DNA from: an uncultured bacterium
GTDB taxonomy: Bacteria > Chloroflexota > UBA5177 > JANWHV01
NCBI GenBank assembly: GCA_963729625.1
Contig: CAVSOU010000010.1
Span: 1,056,001-1,120,000 of the forward strand
Length of the DNA stretch: 64,000 nucleotides
Direction of reading: 5' to 3'
This document shows positions 1 through 9,205 of this stretch, piece after piece; positions within the stretch are counted from its first letter, which is position 1; each line of letters starts with the position of its first letter. Below the pieces are notes generated by a model that saw nothing but the letters and a program-made list of their open reading frames with translations, had not been told where the DNA came from and searched no databases. The position numbers and the translations under genes are program-made.

Positions 1-156
1 GTTGACAACTTCAGCCAAGCATCCACTCGTCAGCGAGCACGCCGGCAAACTGGCGGCATGTGCCGGACTGCTCAACGGCGGGACAGCGTCGGGCAGCGCA
101 ACAGACGCGATCGACGCGACGCACGCGATTTGGAGAAGTAAGGACCGTGCCCTCAT
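1..156 (-). CDS. 5' part of a secreted protein, running off the window start
   Basis: Not in the ORF track. ATG at 156 with AAGGGA upstream gives MRARSLLLQIACVASIASVALPDAVPPLSSPAHA|ASLPACSLTSGCLAEVVN, a signal-peptide-like N-terminus with an AHA cleavage motif. The frame is open to position 1. Confidence 0.55.
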   Translation of the reverse strand, partial: MRARSLLLQIACVASIASVALPDAVPPLSSPAHAASLPACSLTSGCLAEVVN

Positions 157-569
157 CTGTGTCCCTTCGACGAAAGATAGCCGTATACCAGGGCTCCACG
201 CATCACAGCGGCCGCCACAACTGTTGCTCGCTCGCGCAGTCAGCTGTGCCTCACGGAGAGTCTAGCACCGCGCGACCGGCTCTGTCGATCAGCCTACCTG
301 GCTACTCATGTCTGCAGACATGAATCTGCATTGCGCGGCCGAAAGTACGGACAGGCCCGTGCAGTTCCATGTTGGCAGTCAGGTATGCCGTGCCCCTCTA
401 CGTCCCGTAATGCCCCCCCTTACTACTATATATTGTGCTAGGCCGCAATGGCTTACTACATCTAGACGTAATACTACAGTTGCCGTATACTTAGCTTGGC
501 AAGGAAGCGCCGGCGTCCACGGCTGCCGTGGGTTCGCGTCGGCGCCACCCGCCAGGCAGGAGAACGGCC

Positions 570-818
570 ATGAGCGTGAACGAACTTATTGCAGTCCTGG
601 ACCAGCACGGCTTCGAGCTCGAGTATGAGCACGAGCCGCTATGGGCGCCACCGTGCCGCTGGTATGTACGGCGAGTGGCACAGGCACAGGCGGTCGCCTG
701 GGGCAAGGACCGTGATGAGGCTAGCATGGTCCGGCACATCCTTCAGTCGCTTCGGATCGCATCCGACCCGATTCAACCGGCACTCCAGACGCCGTACCCT
801 CGCGCCCAGGCCGGCTGA
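570..818 (+). CDS. small hypothetical protein (82 aa)
   Basis: ATG at 570 preceded by AGGAG (558-562); MSVNELIAVLDQHGFELEYEHEPLW... has protein-like composition. Confidence 0.5.
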   Translation: MSVNELIAVLDQHGFELEYEHEPLWAPPCRWYVRRVAQAQAVAWGKDRDEASMVRHILQSLRIASDPIQPALQTPYPRAQAG

Positions 819-1242
819 ACCCTATAGCTCGTTCATCCCCCTGCAGTATTTAGCCGGTCTCTCCGCCGTCGCGGGCGGCACGCCGGAGCTGCTCGTCGAC
901 GGCTACAGTGATCGGTCTATCTATCCTATCCGTGCACGCGTACCGTGACCTTGCGTGCCCCAACCCACTACGCTGGCAGGAGCTTGGGGCCCGGCAGCCG
1001 CGCGACGCGATAGAGCGTGACTCGCGCTGAGCGAAAGCAGTGGATCTATCCGCGACCCGAACTTGCCATTGCTACCTCACGTGCCATTGGTATCGTCTGC
1101 GCACCTTCCCACAGACTGTAGCGGCGGTACCCGCCTGACAGATTGCGTACCGTGAATCCGTTCCGGGCCTGCAAGCGGACGGCCGCCAGGGCACACACAC
1201 ATTCACTTGGACTAATCATGCCGCAGGCCGTATCGTCAACGT

Positions 1243-2373
1243 ATGCGGATTAACAAGGCGCTCAGGCCTATCGCGGCCCCCTTGCAGGCCGGATCGGCAC
1301 ACACCGGCGACACCGTATCGGCCGCGGCTGCACGGCATTCTGCCGGACACGGCGGCCCCACCCGGACCAGACGTGAAGTGTTCGAGCGAATCGCGCCGGG
1401 TCTTGCGCTGTGTGCGGGTCTTGCCGGCATCGCAACCGGCCTTGGACACCTGGCGCCTGTGGTCGGGGCAGCCGTGATCGCCATTCTGCTCGGCATCGTG
1501 CTACGTAACACGCTTGACGTACCGGCACGGTGCGCGCCCGGCGTTCGAGTCTCAAGCAAGCTGGTGTTGCAGGTGGCCATCGCGGTGCTCGGTAGCAGCT
1601 TGAGCTTGCACCAGGTGTGGGCGACCGGCACCGGCTCACTCGCCGTACTGCTTGGCACGTTGATAGTTGGGATCCCCGTGATTTTGCTGCTTGGGCGTCT
1701 CCTCGGCGTCGGCAAGACCCTGACCCGTCTCATCGGGGTCGGTACCGGCATCTGCGGCGCCTCGGCTATTGGAGCGCTGGCGCCGATCCTCGGGGCAGAG
1801 GAAGGAGCTATCGCCTATGCCATCGCCACCATCTTCCTCTTCAACGTGGCCGGAGTACTGCTCTTCCCGCCCCTGGGCCGGCTGTTTGGCTTCTCCGCGC
1901 ACGGGTTCGGCCTTTGGGCCGGTACCGCCATCAATGACACGTCATCGGTTGTGGCCGCGGGCTACAGCTTCAGCACCGGCGCCGGCTCCTATGCAGTCAT
2001 CGTCAAGCTAACGCGCACGCTGATGATTGTGCCCGTGAGCTTAGTCTTTGCCGCGGTGGCAGCGCGGGAGCGGCGATTGCATCCATCGGGCGACAGTTTG
2101 CTGGCCGAACGAGCTCGTATGCCGCGGTTCATCTTCTGGTTTCTGGTGGCAAGCGCACTCAATACAGCGGGCGTGTTTGGCGCCTGGGGACCGCATGTGT
2201 TACCTGCGCTCGGCCAATTTCTCATCGTGGTCGCCCTGGCCGGGGTGGGCCTCTCCGCTGATCTGCGGGCCATGGCCCGGACTGGCTTCCGGCCCATCCT
2301 GCTCGGGTTAGCAGGATGGATGTGCGTGGCCACGCTGAGCCTGATGTTCCAGCACATCGCCGGCGCGGTGTGA
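1243..2373 (+). CDS. YeiH/PSE family putative sulfate/sulfite exporter
   Basis: Multi-TM protein with GTGICGASAI, GLWAGTAINDTSSVVAA and VKLTRTL motifs typical of YeiH. The true start may be GTG 1378. Confidence 0.9.
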   Translation: MRINKALRPIAAPLQAGSAHTGDTVSAAAARHSAGHGGPTRTRREVFERIAPGLALCAGLAGIATGLGHLAPVVGAAVIAILLGIVLRNTLDVPARCAPGVRVSSKLVLQVAIAVLGSSLSLHQVWATGTGSLAVLLGTLIVGIPVILLLGRLLGVGKTLTRLIGVGTGICGASAIGALAPILGAEEGAIAYAIATIFLFNVAGVLLFPPLGRLFGFSAHGFGLWAGTAINDTSSVVAAGYSFSTGAGSYAVIVKLTRTLMIVPVSLVFAAVAARERRLHPSGDSLLAERARMPRFIFWFLVASALNTAGVFGAWGPHVLPALGQFLIVVALAGVGLSADLRAMARTGFRPILLGLAGWMCVATLSLMFQHIAGAV

Positions 2374-2615
2374 CGCATTCATGGGGCCGCCGTTCATGAG
2401 GCAACAAGCTACGCAGCGGAATTGGCAAAGGCCCTGGACACGGCGCTGGGAGCCGGCATTACAGTCAGAGCATCGGCCCACCTTACCATCGGCGGCACGT
2501 CGAAGCAAAGCACTTCGCATCGGCGGGTCGTCGCAGCGCAGCTTCGCCTTGGCAACAGCGCCAGAGCCATGGCCAGCAAATCGCGCACGACGGGGCTATC
2601 CAGCCTTGCGTCTGG

Positions 2616-2840
2616 CTACGTCGACGGCTTCGCCAGCAGTGCAGCGACTTTATCATTCTGGTTTGGGAACAGGTCGACCGGCACCGCTGCCTTGCCGTTG
2701 GCCGTACAGACTATATAGCGCGCACAGCCCATGAAGTTCCCTCTGCAGTACCGATTTCGCAGCATGTCGGACAGGGCGGGCATGTTCGCCATTCTGCCGC
2801 CAAAGAACAGGCAACCAGAGATCTTATCGCAATCAGCCAT
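2616..2840 (-). CDS. small Cys-rich hypothetical protein (74 aa)
   Basis: ATG 2840 with strong GGAGGGAGG RBS; pattern C-x5-C-LFF...YC-x6-CARY...VPVDLFPN. Confidence 0.75.
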   Translation of the reverse strand: MADCDKISGCLFFGGRMANMPALSDMLRNRYCRGNFMGCARYIVCTANGKAAVPVDLFPNQNDKVAALLAKPST

Positions 2841-2942
2841 CGAATCCTCCCTCCTAACGAAGAGATCATAATCTCGACGATATGGTTGCGATAGGACCCG
2901 TTTGGGCCATGGATCCGCGATAGTCACGTTGTAATGTCCGGA

Positions 2943-3209
2943 TTAGAGCTCCGTCAACATGCTGATGCTGTTGCCGATCACTCGCCGCGCTTCCGCCGGA
3001 GGCAACGCCAAGCACTCGTCGAGCCCCGTTGCCACGATGGCTGCAGCCACTTTCTCAAGTGCGGCGCGCGCGGCCATCACCTGCACGAGAATTTGATCGC
3101 ACGGCCGATGATCGCCGACCATCTTGGCGATACCGCGCACCTGTCCCTCGATTCGCGCGAGGCGGTCCTGGACCGCCTGCGCGGCATCCGTGTCCAACTG
3201 TGTATCCAC
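2943..3209 (-). CDS. CsoR/RcnR/CstR family metal- or persulfide-sensing repressor
   Basis: RLARIEGQVRGIAKMV..RPCDQILVQVMAARAAL..LDECL signature; two Cys, but no His at the CsoR Cu-ligand position. Confidence 0.9.
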   Translation of the reverse strand: MDTQLDTDAAQAVQDRLARIEGQVRGIAKMVGDHRPCDQILVQVMAARAALEKVAAAIVATGLDECLALPPAEARRVIGNSISMLTEL

Positions 3210-3243
3210 GGGCGTTCCTCTCGCTCTTTACCAACACTATATC

Positions 3244-3259
3244 CCATACCCCCGTATGG
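3244..3259. promoter_or_regulatory. CsoR/CstR-type operator 1
   Basis: Perfect inverted repeat CCATAC-CCCC-GTATGG with a central C-tract, 35 bp upstream of the repressor start. Confidence 0.75.
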
Positions 3260-3431
3260 TCTCAAGCACCGATCGGCACCTGCATGCAAGGCAATAGGTT
3301 TATCTCTCGCGCTTCAGCATCAGTTGCTTCGGCCCTTCGAGCAGCAAGATCGCTCCGGACAGGCTGGTATGGGGATGACGCGGAACGGGATGGCGGAAGG
3401 GCCGCATGCCCCACATGGTCATGGCATTCGG

Positions 3432-3447
3432 CCCTACCGGGGTATGG
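3432..3447. promoter_or_regulatory. CsoR/CstR-type operator 2
   Basis: CCCTAC-CGGG-GTATGG has the same TAC-N4(G/C)-GTA geometry and lies upstream of tusA. Confidence 0.6.
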
Positions 3448-3534
3448 TAGCCATGCGCGATAATCGGTGCGTCAATCTCGCGCAAGGCCTGTCATTCCGC
3501 TTGCGGTGCAGCACGAAACGAAAGAAGGACGAAG

Positions 3535-3789
3535 ATGGCAACGGACCTCCTGCAAGGCATTCGAGTCGACAAAGTGGTGGACGCCCGCGGCACCTCGTGC
3601 CCTGGCCCGATCTTGGCCGCGAAGAAGGGCATGGCGGACGTGGCGATCGGCGGCGTCATGGAAGTGCTGGCCACCGACCGTGGCACGCAGAAGGATCTGC
3701 CTGCCTGGGCCAAGAAGATGGGCCATGAGTTTCTCGGTGTAGTGGAGGACGCCGGAACCTGGAAGCTCTACGTCAAGAAGCTGAAGTAG
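3535..3789 (+). CDS. tusA: TusA family sulfur carrier protein
   Basis: VDARGTSCPGP (CPxP motif), EVLATD and DLPAW motifs; 84 aa. Confidence 0.92.
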   Translation: MATDLLQGIRVDKVVDARGTSCPGPILAAKKGMADVAIGGVMEVLATDRGTQKDLPAWAKKMGHEFLGVVEDAGTWKLYVKKLK

Positions 3790-4212
3790 ATGGCTGCTCC
3801 GGCAACCGCGGCGACCGCGCCAACGATATTGGTATTCTCCACGAACAACATCTCGGACCCCGGCATCGATCTGGCCGGCAGCGCGCACCTGCACTACTCG
3901 CCGAACGTCATGGTGATCAGCCTGCCGTGCACGAGCGGGATCAAGCCAAGCTGGATCCTGCACGCCATGCAGCAGGGCTGCGACGGCGTATTCATCGCCG
4001 CGGACGGAGACGAATGCGCGTATCTTCCCGACTGCTCGACGCGTGCCTCGCGTATCGTGACCGAGGCTCAGGCGTTGCTCAGGGAGCATGGGTACGAGGC
4101 GCGGCGCGTCCGCATGGGCGCCATCTGCTCGGTCTGCGCCGATCCGTTTGCTGCCTATATGCGCGAGTTCTCAGAGTCATTGGCAGAACTAGTGCCTTCC
4201 GGGAAGGAATAG
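3790..4212 (+). CDS. mvhD: MvhD/FlpD-like iron-sulfur subunit with an atypical Cys pattern
   Basis: PTILVF..IDLAG..HLHYSPNVMVISLPCTSGIKPSWILHAMQQGCDGVFI..EARRVRM; directly precedes the hdrA-like genes. Confidence 0.8.
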   Translation: MAAPATAATAPTILVFSTNNISDPGIDLAGSAHLHYSPNVMVISLPCTSGIKPSWILHAMQQGCDGVFIAADGDECAYLPDCSTRASRIVTEAQALLREHGYEARRVRMGAICSVCADPFAAYMREFSESLAELVPSGKE

Positions 4213-4215
4213 CCC

Positions 4216-6912
4216 ATGGACTATGACGCCCTGGTGGTCGGAGCCGGGATCGGCGGCATGGAATCGGCACTGAAGCTCGGCGACATGGGCTACAGCGTGT
4301 TGCTGATCGAGAAGGAAGCCAGCGTGGGCGGCAAGATGATCCTGCTCAGCAAGGTCTTCCCTACGCTGGACTGCGCCAGCTGCATTTCCACGCCGAAGAT
4401 GGGCGCCGCCATCCATCACCCCAACATAACAGTGCTCACTCACTCCGAAGTGGATCAGATCCGGCGAGATGATAGCGGCCACTTTCGAGCAAAGATCCGC
4501 CGGAAGCCAAGCTTCGTAGATGAGGCTTTGTGCACGGGCTGCCGCGACTGCGAGATGGCCTGCAGCGTATCAGCGCCCGACCAGTTCAACGCCGGTATGG
4601 TGTCGCGCCGCGCAGCCTACATCGCATTCCCGCAGGCGGTACCGAAGAAAGCGGTGATCGAACGAGCAGGCACCTCACCCTGCACCTTTGAATGTCCTGC
4701 CGGCATCAAGGCGCACGGCTACGTCTCCCTGGTGCGCAGCGGCGAATACGAGAAGGCCTTCGCCCTCGTGCTCGAAGCCACTCCCCTGGTCGGAAGCTTG
4801 GGCCGTGCCTGCTACGCGCCCTGCGAGAGCGCCTGCAGCCGGTCAAGACTTGAAGGACCACTCGCTATCCGGCGCTTGAAGCGCTTCATCGCCGACACGC
4901 ATTACTGCGGGCGCGCGGAAACTTTGGTGTCAGCGCCGCCGCCGAATGGCAAGCGGGTAGCGGTCGTCGGCTCCGGCCCCGCTGGCCTGACTGCGGCCTG
5001 GCAATTGGCGCGGCAAGGCCACGGCGTGAAGATCTTTGAAGCCGCGCCGGAGCCCGGCGGCATGTTGCGCCTGGCCATCCCCGACTACCGGTTGCCGAGC
5101 ACGGTCGTCGAGCAGGATATCGCGAATGTGACCGCCATCGGTGTGGAGATCGCCACGAATACGCGCGTGGAGAATCTGGAGGATCTCAAAACCCAGGGTT
5201 ACGACGCCATCCTGCTGGCGACCGGCACACCTCGCGCCGTCGGCTTGCAGGCTCCCGGCGGCGATCTGCCGGGCATCACCAGCGCCCTCGCCTTCCTTCG
5301 TGCCGTCAAGCTCGGCGAACCCATGGATTATCACGGCAAGACCGTGACCGTGATCGGCGGCGGCAACGTAGCTATCGACGCCGCGCGCAGCGCCCGCAGA
5401 CTGGGCGCGGCGGCTGTGCACATGGTCAGCTTGGAATCGCGGCCGGAAATGCCCGCGCACACATTCGAGGTTGAGGAGGCGCTGGCGGAAGGCATCGTCC
5501 TGCACAACTCCTGGGGCGTCCGGCAGTTCCGCGGCGAGAACGCGGTGGAAGGCCTCGAGCTGCGCCGCTGCACGACCGTATTCGACGCCGATCGACGCTT
5601 CAACCCTCAGTATGACGAGAGCACATTCCGGGATCTCCCCAGCGATGTGGTGATCCTGGCTGTAGGCATGAGCGCGGATACGATTGCCTTCGCCTCGTCG
5701 CTTGGGATTAACCGGAACAAGACGCTTCAGGCAGATCCAGGCACCTTGCAGACAACTTTGCCCTACGTCTTTGCGGCCGGCGACGTGGTGTCCGGTCCGT
5801 CGATGATTACCAGTGCGGTCGGCCAAGGCCGGCGTGCTGCCTTTATGATCGACCGCTGGCTGCAGGGCCGAGAGCTGGACGTCAAGGCCTTCGAGACGAT
5901 GCTGCCCGTCGTGGAGCAGATTGACGTGCTGCGGCGGCAAGTCCATTTCGCGCGTCGCGAGCCGCTCCCCGGGGTTGCGGTTGAAGGCGCACCGTCCGAC
6001 ATGGCGGAGCTGGAACCTCCGCTCACCGAGGAGGAAGCGCGCTACAGCGCCGGACGCTGTCTGGACTGCGGCATCTGCTCGGAGTGCCATCAGTGCCTGG
6101 ATGCCTGCCCCGCGGGCGCCATCGACCTGAACATGCCTGAACGCGAGTTCGAGGCCGAGGTGGGCACGGTGGTGCTCGCCACCGGGTTCAGTCTCTTCCC
6201 GGCTGACCTCAAGCCACAGTACGGCTTCGGAAGATTCAAGAACGTGATCACCGGCATGCAGATGGACCGCCTGCTGGCACCCACCCGCCCCTACAACTCC
6301 GTGCTGCGGCCGGGTGACGGCAAGGTGCCCGATCGCATCGGCTTCATCATGTGCACCGGCTCGCGCGACAAGACGGTGGGCAACCCCCTCTGTTCCAAAA
6401 TATGTTGCATGTATTCGATCAAGCAGAATCAGCTGATTATGGGCGCCCTGCCGCTGGCGGACGTCACCGTGCACTACATCGACATGCGCGCGGTGGGGAA
6501 TGGGTACGACGAGTTCTACGAGCAGGCCCGTGCCATGGGCGCCAACTTCATCAAGGGGCGGGTAGCCGGGATCACGGAGAAGGAAGATGGCAACCTGATC
6601 CTGCGCTACGAGGACGTCGACAATGGCGGCGTCCTGGCAGAGGCCGAATACGACCTCGTCGTACTGGCGGTGGGCGTGCAGCCGAATCTGGATATTCGCC
6701 GGCTCTTCCCGGGCTCGGATCTGGCCCCGGACGAGTTCGGGTATGTCGACGAACCCGACGAGGATCTCAATCCCGGCTGGACGGGGACGCCGGGCCTCTA
6801 TGTGGCCGGCGCCGCGTCAGGCGCAAAGGATATCCCGGATTCCATTTTGCATGCGGGGGCGGCCGTAGCGCAAGCGGCGGCGCATCTGGAAAGGGCGAGG
6901 GTGCGCGCATGA
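4216..6912 (+). CDS. HdrL-type heterodisulfide reductase A-like flavoprotein with an inserted GltD-like NAD(P)H-binding module
   Basis: HdrA N-part (LVVGAGIGG, KVFPTLDCASC), ferredoxin motif, GltD-like insert (SPCTFECPAG, GRACYAPCESAC, VVGSGPAG, VIGGGNVA), then HdrA C-part (CTGSR..CSKICCMYSIKQ, KDIPDS). Confidence 0.88.
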   Translation: MDYDALVVGAGIGGMESALKLGDMGYSVLLIEKEASVGGKMILLSKVFPTLDCASCISTPKMGAAIHHPNITVLTHSEVDQIRRDDSGHFRAKIRRKPSFVDEALCTGCRDCEMACSVSAPDQFNAGMVSRRAAYIAFPQAVPKKAVIERAGTSPCTFECPAGIKAHGYVSLVRSGEYEKAFALVLEATPLVGSLGRACYAPCESACSRSRLEGPLAIRRLKRFIADTHYCGRAETLVSAPPPNGKRVAVVGSGPAGLTAAWQLARQGHGVKIFEAAPEPGGMLRLAIPDYRLPSTVVEQDIANVTAIGVEIATNTRVENLEDLKTQGYDAILLATGTPRAVGLQAPGGDLPGITSALAFLRAVKLGEPMDYHGKTVTVIGGGNVAIDAARSARRLGAAAVHMVSLESRPEMPAHTFEVEEALAEGIVLHNSWGVRQFRGENAVEGLELRRCTTVFDADRRFNPQYDESTFRDLPSDVVILAVGMSADTIAFASSLGINRNKTLQADPGTLQTTLPYVFAAGDVVSGPSMITSAVGQGRRAAFMIDRWLQGRELDVKAFETMLPVVEQIDVLRRQVHFARREPLPGVAVEGAPSDMAELEPPLTEEEARYSAGRCLDCGICSECHQCLDACPAGAIDLNMPEREFEAEVGTVVLATGFSLFPADLKPQYGFGRFKNVITGMQMDRLLAPTRPYNSVLRPGDGKVPDRIGFIMCTGSRDKTVGNPLCSKICCMYSIKQNQLIMGALPLADVTVHYIDMRAVGNGYDEFYEQARAMGANFIKGRVAGITEKEDGNLILRYEDVDNGGVLAEAEYDLVVLAVGVQPNLDIRRLFPGSDLAPDEFGYVDEPDEDLNPGWTGTPGLYVAGAASGAKDIPDSILHAGAAVAQAAAHLERARVRA

Positions 6913-8648
6913 GCGGCAAGAGGATAGGCGTCTACGTCTGTCACTGCGGCGGTAACATCTCCGATTACGTGGACACTGATCAGGTAGTGGCCGAAGCCCT
7001 GGCGGAGGAGGACGTGGTGATTGCCAGGTCCGCCATGTTCACGTGCTCGGACGCCACCCAGCAGGAGATTGTCAACGACATCCAGGAGCACCAGCTCGAC
7101 GGCCTGGTCGTGGCTTCCTGCTCGCCCAAGCTGCACACCTTCACCTTTCGCGAAGTCGCCAGACGTGCCGGTCTGAATCCCTTCCAGTACACCCAGGTGA
7201 ATATCCGCGAGCAGTGCTCGTGGGCGCACACGGACGACAAGGATGGGGCTACCTGCAAGGCGGGCTGCCTGGTGCGGGCAGGGATCGGCCGCACGCGGTT
7301 ATCGGAGCCATTGGAGCCGCTCGTGGTGCAAACGGAAGGGAGCGTCCTGGTGGTCGGTGGCGGCGTCGCTGGACTGCGCGCGGCCATTGGTCTGGCCGAG
7401 ATCGGGCTCTCGGTGGTCCTGGTGGAAAAGGAGCCCCGGCTTGGCGGCTGGGTCGGCGCTTTCGGCGACATGTATCCGCATGGCAAGAACGGCAGAGCCC
7501 TGATCGAGCATCTCGTGGCGGAGATTCGCAAGCGGCCGGAGATCACTATCTTCACCAATGCCGAGGTGGTGAATAAGTCGGGCACGCTGGGCAACTACAA
7601 CGCAACCATCGACGTACACGGAGAGTCGCCGGCATCGATTGAGGTGCAGGTGGGCGCGATTGTCGTCGCTACCGGCTTCGACGCCTACACGCCTGAAGCA
7701 GGCGAATACGGCTACGGCATCGATGGCGTGGTCACGCTGCCCGAGTTTAAGAAGCTGACCGACCAGTCGCAAGGCCCATTGATGCGTCACGGCAAGCCGA
7801 TTAAGTCCATCGTCTACATCTACTGCGTCGGTAGCCGGCAGGGCTCGAACGGCAGCCCGGGTAACCCTGGCTGCTCGCGCTACTGCTGCACTGCCGCCGT
7901 GCATGCCTCGCTGACCGTGGCGGCCAAGGACATCAACGCGCGCCAGTACCACCTGTACCGCGATATGCGCACCTACGGCAGGTACGAGACACTCTACAGC
8001 GAGTCGCGCGAGAATGGATCGCTCTATCTTAAGTTTGCCGACGACACGCCGCCGACGGTAAGTCGGGACAGCAGTACCGGCAGGCTCACCGTAACGGTAA
8101 GAGATCTCCTGACCGGTGGTGAAGAGATCGCCATTCCGGCAGAGCTTGTGGTCCTGGTCACCGGCATGATGCCGCGCCCCGTCGAGGAACTCGTCGATGT
8201 GCTCAAGCTTCCGCTGGGCAAAGACGGCTTCTTCCATGAGATTCACCCCAAGCTACGGCCGGTCGAGACCGTGGTTGACGGCGTCTTAATCTGCGGCACC
8301 TGTCAAGGACCCAAGAACGCGGCTGAAAGCGTGGCCTCCGCACTGGCCGCGGTGACCCAAAGCGCGGCAATGCTGAAGAAAGGGTATGCCGAGCTGGATC
8401 CACAGGTCGCGCGCGTCAATGCCGAGGTTTGTATCTGGTGCGGCAAATGTCAGGAGGCCTGCCCGTATGGCGCGGTAGGCCTGCTCCATCTCGACGGCAG
8501 AGATAGTGCCGTGGTCGACGCTGCCGGCTGCAAGGGCTGCGGCGGCTGCGTGCCTGTCTGCCCGAACGATGCCATCGACCTCCTGGGTTACAGCGATGCC
8601 CAGGTCAGGGCCATGATCGATGGACTGCTGAAGGAGCGCGTGTCATGA
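6909..8648 (+). CDS. hdrA: heterodisulfide reductase subunit A-like protein
   Basis: ATG 6909 (ATGA overlap). IGVYVCHCGGNI, VVASCSPKLH, NIREQCSWAH, CVGSR..CSRYCC, HPKLRPVET and C-terminal 2x[4Fe-4S] motifs. Confidence 0.9.
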   Translation: MSGKRIGVYVCHCGGNISDYVDTDQVVAEALAEEDVVIARSAMFTCSDATQQEIVNDIQEHQLDGLVVASCSPKLHTFTFREVARRAGLNPFQYTQVNIREQCSWAHTDDKDGATCKAGCLVRAGIGRTRLSEPLEPLVVQTEGSVLVVGGGVAGLRAAIGLAEIGLSVVLVEKEPRLGGWVGAFGDMYPHGKNGRALIEHLVAEIRKRPEITIFTNAEVVNKSGTLGNYNATIDVHGESPASIEVQVGAIVVATGFDAYTPEAGEYGYGIDGVVTLPEFKKLTDQSQGPLMRHGKPIKSIVYIYCVGSRQGSNGSPGNPGCSRYCCTAAVHASLTVAAKDINARQYHLYRDMRTYGRYETLYSESRENGSLYLKFADDTPPTVSRDSSTGRLTVTVRDLLTGGEEIAIPAELVVLVTGMMPRPVEELVDVLKLPLGKDGFFHEIHPKLRPVETVVDGVLICGTCQGPKNAAESVASALAAVTQSAAMLKKGYAELDPQVARVNAEVCIWCGKCQEACPYGAVGLLHLDGRDSAVVDAAGCKGCGGCVPVCPNDAIDLLGYSDAQVRAMIDGLLKERVS

Positions 8649-8893
8649 GCACGACGAGCCGGGATGTGCGCGAAATCATCCGCGAGGAGCCCCTGATGCG
8701 GGACCGCATCCTGCAGGTGCTGGAAGCGGGGCCGAAGACCGTGCCGGAGATCGCGGCGGCGATCGGCTACCCGGACCACGAGGTCATGTATTGGGTGATG
8801 GGGATGCGCAAGTACGGCCAGGTGACTCCGCTCCCCGACGCCACCGACGAGGGGTTCTACCAATACCAGGCGGTGGAGGGGAACCGGATATGA
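8645..8893 (+). CDS. small winged-helix protein within the hdr-like operon
   Basis: ILQVLEAGPKTVPEIAAAIG..MRKYGQV wHTH pattern; ATGA overlaps at both ends. Confidence 0.75.
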   Translation: MSTTSRDVREIIREEPLMRDRILQVLEAGPKTVPEIAAAIGYPDHEVMYWVMGMRKYGQVTPLPDATDEGFYQYQAVEGNRI

Positions 8894-9195
8894 CCACGCT
8901 GCTGAACCCCGACCTGGCGCGGCAGATCTGGCCGGGCGATGAGCTGAATGCCGATGCCTGCATGAACTGCGGCGTGTGCGGCGCCGTCTGCCCGATGGGC
9001 ATCGCACTGCTGCCCAGAAGGCTGTTCCGGTACGTGCTTCTGGGCATGGAGGACCGCGTGCTGCAGGAGACGGAGAATGTGTTCTCGTGTCTGTTGTGCA
9101 GACTGTGCGAGGTCAATTGCCCGGCGGACGTCCATATCGCGGAGAACATGCGTGCCGTGCGCCACTATATCAACACGCACGCTGTCAGAAGCTAG
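8890..9195 (+). CDS. HdrC-like 2x[4Fe-4S] protein
   Basis: ATG 8890; CMNCGVCGAVCP and CLLCRLCEVNCP motifs. Confidence 0.85.
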   Translation: MTTLLNPDLARQIWPGDELNADACMNCGVCGAVCPMGIALLPRRLFRYVLLGMEDRVLQETENVFSCLLCRLCEVNCPADVHIAENMRAVRHYINTHAVRS

Positions 9196-9205
9196 GAGAG
9201 TGCCA

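Noticed and set aside
1080-1240. Possible riboswitch upstream of the YeiH gene
   Set aside because: GC-rich pairing is possible, but I could not match any riboswitch consensus by eye; an Rfam scan is needed.
3790-8648. Selenocysteine recoding in MvhD/HdrA
   Set aside because: The ORFs are complete, with no in-frame TGA at Cys positions.
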